Shown piece after piece: positions 61,776 to 64,000 of a stretch of DNA of 64,000 nt. The DNA lies in NCBI GenBank assembly GCA_963755025.1, contig CAVWIH010000031.1:1-64000 (forward strand), read 5' to 3'. Made by a program: the position numbers and the translations under genes. A model generated the notes under the pieces. It had not been told where the DNA came from. It did no database searches and saw only the letters and a program-made list of their open reading frames with translations. This stretch comes from an uncultured Actinomycetes bacterium (GTDB taxonomy: Bacteria > Actinomycetota > Thermoleophilia > UBA2241). How positions within the stretch are numbered: position 1 is the first letter of the stretch; every line of letters begins with the position of its first letter.

Positions 61776-64000
61776 CTACCCGCGCCGGCGGGCGCCGCTC
61801 GGGTCGTAGAACGGCTGCGCCGACAGCGTGGCCGGACTGCGCCTGCCGGCGATGTCGACCTCGACGGCGCCGCCCCCCGCACCCAGCAGCGCCTCGGCTT
61901 CGCCCGGCGCGCACTCGATCCAGGCAAGGCCGACCGAGGCGCCGACGGTGAACCCGTAGGCGCCCGAGGCGACGCGGCCCATGACGGCGCCCTCGTGCAG
62001 GAGCGACTCTCCCCGGTAGAGCAGGGGCTCGGGATCGTCGAGCCTGATGCCCACCAGCCGCCGCGCGGCCGGGCGCGCCCGGCGCTCGAGCAGCGCCTCG
62101 CGGCCCGTGAACCCTCCGGGCTTGTCGAGCGCCACCGTGAAGGCGAGGCCCGCCTCGAAGGGGTCGTCGGCCGGGCCCATGTCGAGGCCCCAGTGGCGAA
62201 AGCCCTTCTCGGCGCGCAGGCCGTCGAGCGCCAGGGAGCCGGCGAGGCGCAGCCCGACGCCGGCGCCGGCGGCCACGAGACGGTCGTAGAGCGCCACGAG
62301 CGACTCGACGGGCGTGTAGAGCTCCCAGCCGAGCTCGCCGGCATACGAGATGCGCAGCGCCAGGGCGGGCGCCCAGCCGACCTCGATCTCGCGCGAAGCG
62401 CCAAAGGGGAAGGCGTCGTCGTCCAAGTCGGCGTCGGTGAGGCGCCCCAGCAGCTGTCGCGCCTGCGGTCCCACGACGGCGATGGCGCCGAGGCCCGAGG
62501 TGACGTCGGTCACGACCGCGTCGTCGTCGCTCGCCCGGCGCAGCGCCTCGAAGGTACGAGCCTGGGTGACGGTCGGGGCAACGACCAGGAAGCTCTCGTC
62601 GGCCAGGCGCGTGACGGTGGCGTCGGTCTCTATCCCACCGCGCCGGTTGAGCAGGCACGTGTAGGTCACGCTCCCCGTGCGGCGGTCGAGGTCGGCCGAC
62701 GCCGCGCTCTGCACCGACGAAAGCGCGCCGGGGCCCTGTACGCGGAACTTGGCGAACGAGGAGAGGTCGAACAGCGCGACTGCCTCGCGCGCCGCGCGGT
62801 GCTCGGCGGCCACCGCGTCGAACCAGTTCTGCCGGCCGTACGAGTAGCGGTAGACGGGCTCCTGCCCGGGCGCGGCGAACCAGTCGGCGCGCTCCCAGCC
62901 GGCGGCCTCGCCAAAGCAGGCGCGCGCAGCCGCCAGGCGGTCGTAGAGCGGTACCCGGCGCAGGCCGCGCGCGGTCTCGGGCTGCAGGTGGGGCCAGTGC
63001 ATGGCATAGAGGCGGCCGAGCGACTCGCGGGTGCGCTCGAACAGGTAGCCGGCGCCGGCCTGCTGGGTGGCGAAACGCCGCACGTCGAGCTCGGCCGCGT
63101 CGATCGTAGGGGCGCCCGCCACGATCCAGGCCGCCAGGGCGCGGCCGAGGCCCGGACCCGGGATGATGCCCTGTGAGTTGAGCCCGGCGGCGACGTACAG
63201 CGAGGCGACCTCGGCCGTCTCGCCGAGCAGGAAGGCGCCGTCGGGCGTGAAGCTCTCGGGGGCGTTCAGAAAGTGAACGACCTCGGCGGCGCGCAGGGCC
63301 GGCACGAGCTCGCGCGCCTTGTCGAGCGACGGCGTGAAGTGCCGCCAGTCCGGGGTGAACTCGCCAAAGGCGAAGTCGGGCGGCAGCGACAACGCCGTGC
63401 GCGGCTTGCCGTCGGGCTCGAAGGCGCCCACCACGAAGCCGCCGTGGTAGTGCCGCACGTAGATGTGTCCATCGAGGTCGCGCAGGATCGGCAAGGCGCG
63501 CGCGGCGCCCTCGACGGGGGCGGTCTGCACCCACATGTGCTCGGCGGCGTGCAGCGCCAGGCGCACGCCCACACCGGCGGCCAGGTCGCGCGACCAGAGG
63601 CCGGCGGCGATCACAGCCACCTCGCAGTCCACGGTGCCGCGCTCGGTCACCACGCCGGTCACGCGGCCGTTCGACAGGCGAAAGCCGACGACGCGGCAGC
63701 CTTCGACGATGCGTACGCCGAGATCGAAGGCGGCCTTGGCTGTGGCCAGGGCGGCGACGCCCGGGTTGACCGTGGCGTCGCCCTCGAACAGGGCGCCGCC
63801 CACGAGACCGCGGGGCTCGATCGGCGGCCACTCCTCGGAGAGCTCGGCGACGGTCAGCCGCCGGTTCGGAAAGCCGTGATGGCGCGCCATGGCGAGCGCG
63901 TAGTCGAGCTCGGTCATGCGCTCGGGGGTGCGCGCCAGCGACAGCGAACCGCTCTCGTAGTAGCCGATGTCTGTGCCGGAGCGCGCGGCGAGGCCTGCGT
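61776..64000 (-). CDS. GcvT-family FAD-dependent dehydrogenase (dimethylglycine/sarcosine dehydrogenase-like), 5' end outside the window
   Basis: AAGLWS, ESFTPDG, GWERADWF, DLSSFAK, SYAGELGWELY, LRAEKG. Confidence 0.9.
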   Translation of the reverse strand, partial: AGLAARSGTDIGYYESGSLSLARTPERMTELDYALAMARHHGFPNRRLTVAELSEEWPPIEPRGLVGGALFEGDATVNPGVAALATAKAAFDLGVRIVEGCRVVGFRLSNGRVTGVVTERGTVDCEVAVIAAGLWSRDLAAGVGVRLALHAAEHMWVQTAPVEGAARALPILRDLDGHIYVRHYHGGFVVGAFEPDGKPRTALSLPPDFAFGEFTPDWRHFTPSLDKARELVPALRAAEVVHFLNAPESFTPDGAFLLGETAEVASLYVAAGLNSQGIIPGPGLGRALAAWIVAGAPTIDAAELDVRRFATQQAGAGYLFERTRESLGRLYAMHWPHLQPETARGLRRVPLYDRLAAARACFGEAAGWERADWFAAPGQEPVYRYSYGRQNWFDAVAAEHRAAREAVALFDLSSFAKFRVQGPGALSSVQSAASADLDRRTGSVTYTCLLNRRGGIETDATVTRLADESFLVVAPTVTQARTFEALRRASDDDAVVTDVTSGLGAIAVVGPQARQLLGRLTDADLDDDAFPFGASREIEVGWAPALALRISYAGELGWELYTPVESLVALYDRLVAAGAGVGLRLAGSLALDGLRAEKGFRHWGLDMGPADDPFEAGLAFTVALDKPGGFTGREALLERRARPAARRLVGIRLDDPEPLLYRGESLLHEGAVMGRVASGAYGFTVGASVGLAWIECAPGEAEALLGAGGGAVEVDIAGRRSPATLSAQPFYDPSGARRRG

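Overview
High-GC bacterial chromosome segment with actinobacterial hallmarks such as leaderless TANNNT promoters. A Thermoleophilia-like lineage is a guess from gene content only. About 50 CDS were seen: polA, tRNA-Leu(GAG), dinG, ABC transporters, arcC, a MutY-like glycosylase, a two-gene PlsA/Ger-type activase-reductase, an amidase, a radical SAM enzyme, ahpC, a LacI-associated eda-kdgK/aminotransferase catabolic cluster, a Fic-nucleotidyltransferase fusion, glyA and a GcvT-family dehydrogenase. Many genes between 1 and 42 kb, including polA, carry single-base frameshifts, most likely long-read indel errors. No integrase, transposase, CRISPR array or rRNA was seen. The standout is a compact operon at 37.26-41.8 kb: a sigma28-like promoter, a c-di-GMP-I riboswitch with a perfect anti-Shine-Dalgarno, a secreted subtilase whose C-terminus has 8 exact KYAWS pentapeptide repeats written in synonymously diversified codons, a translationally coupled multi-TM sensor/PP2C phosphatase, an RsbW-like kinase and an RsbV-like STAS protein. 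I infer a self-processing peptide signal and receptor feeding a partner-switching cascade; this is untested. A second candidate is a co-localised radical SAM (Mss-like) and PlsA/Ger-like pair, suggesting ether or membrane-spanning lipid synthesis.
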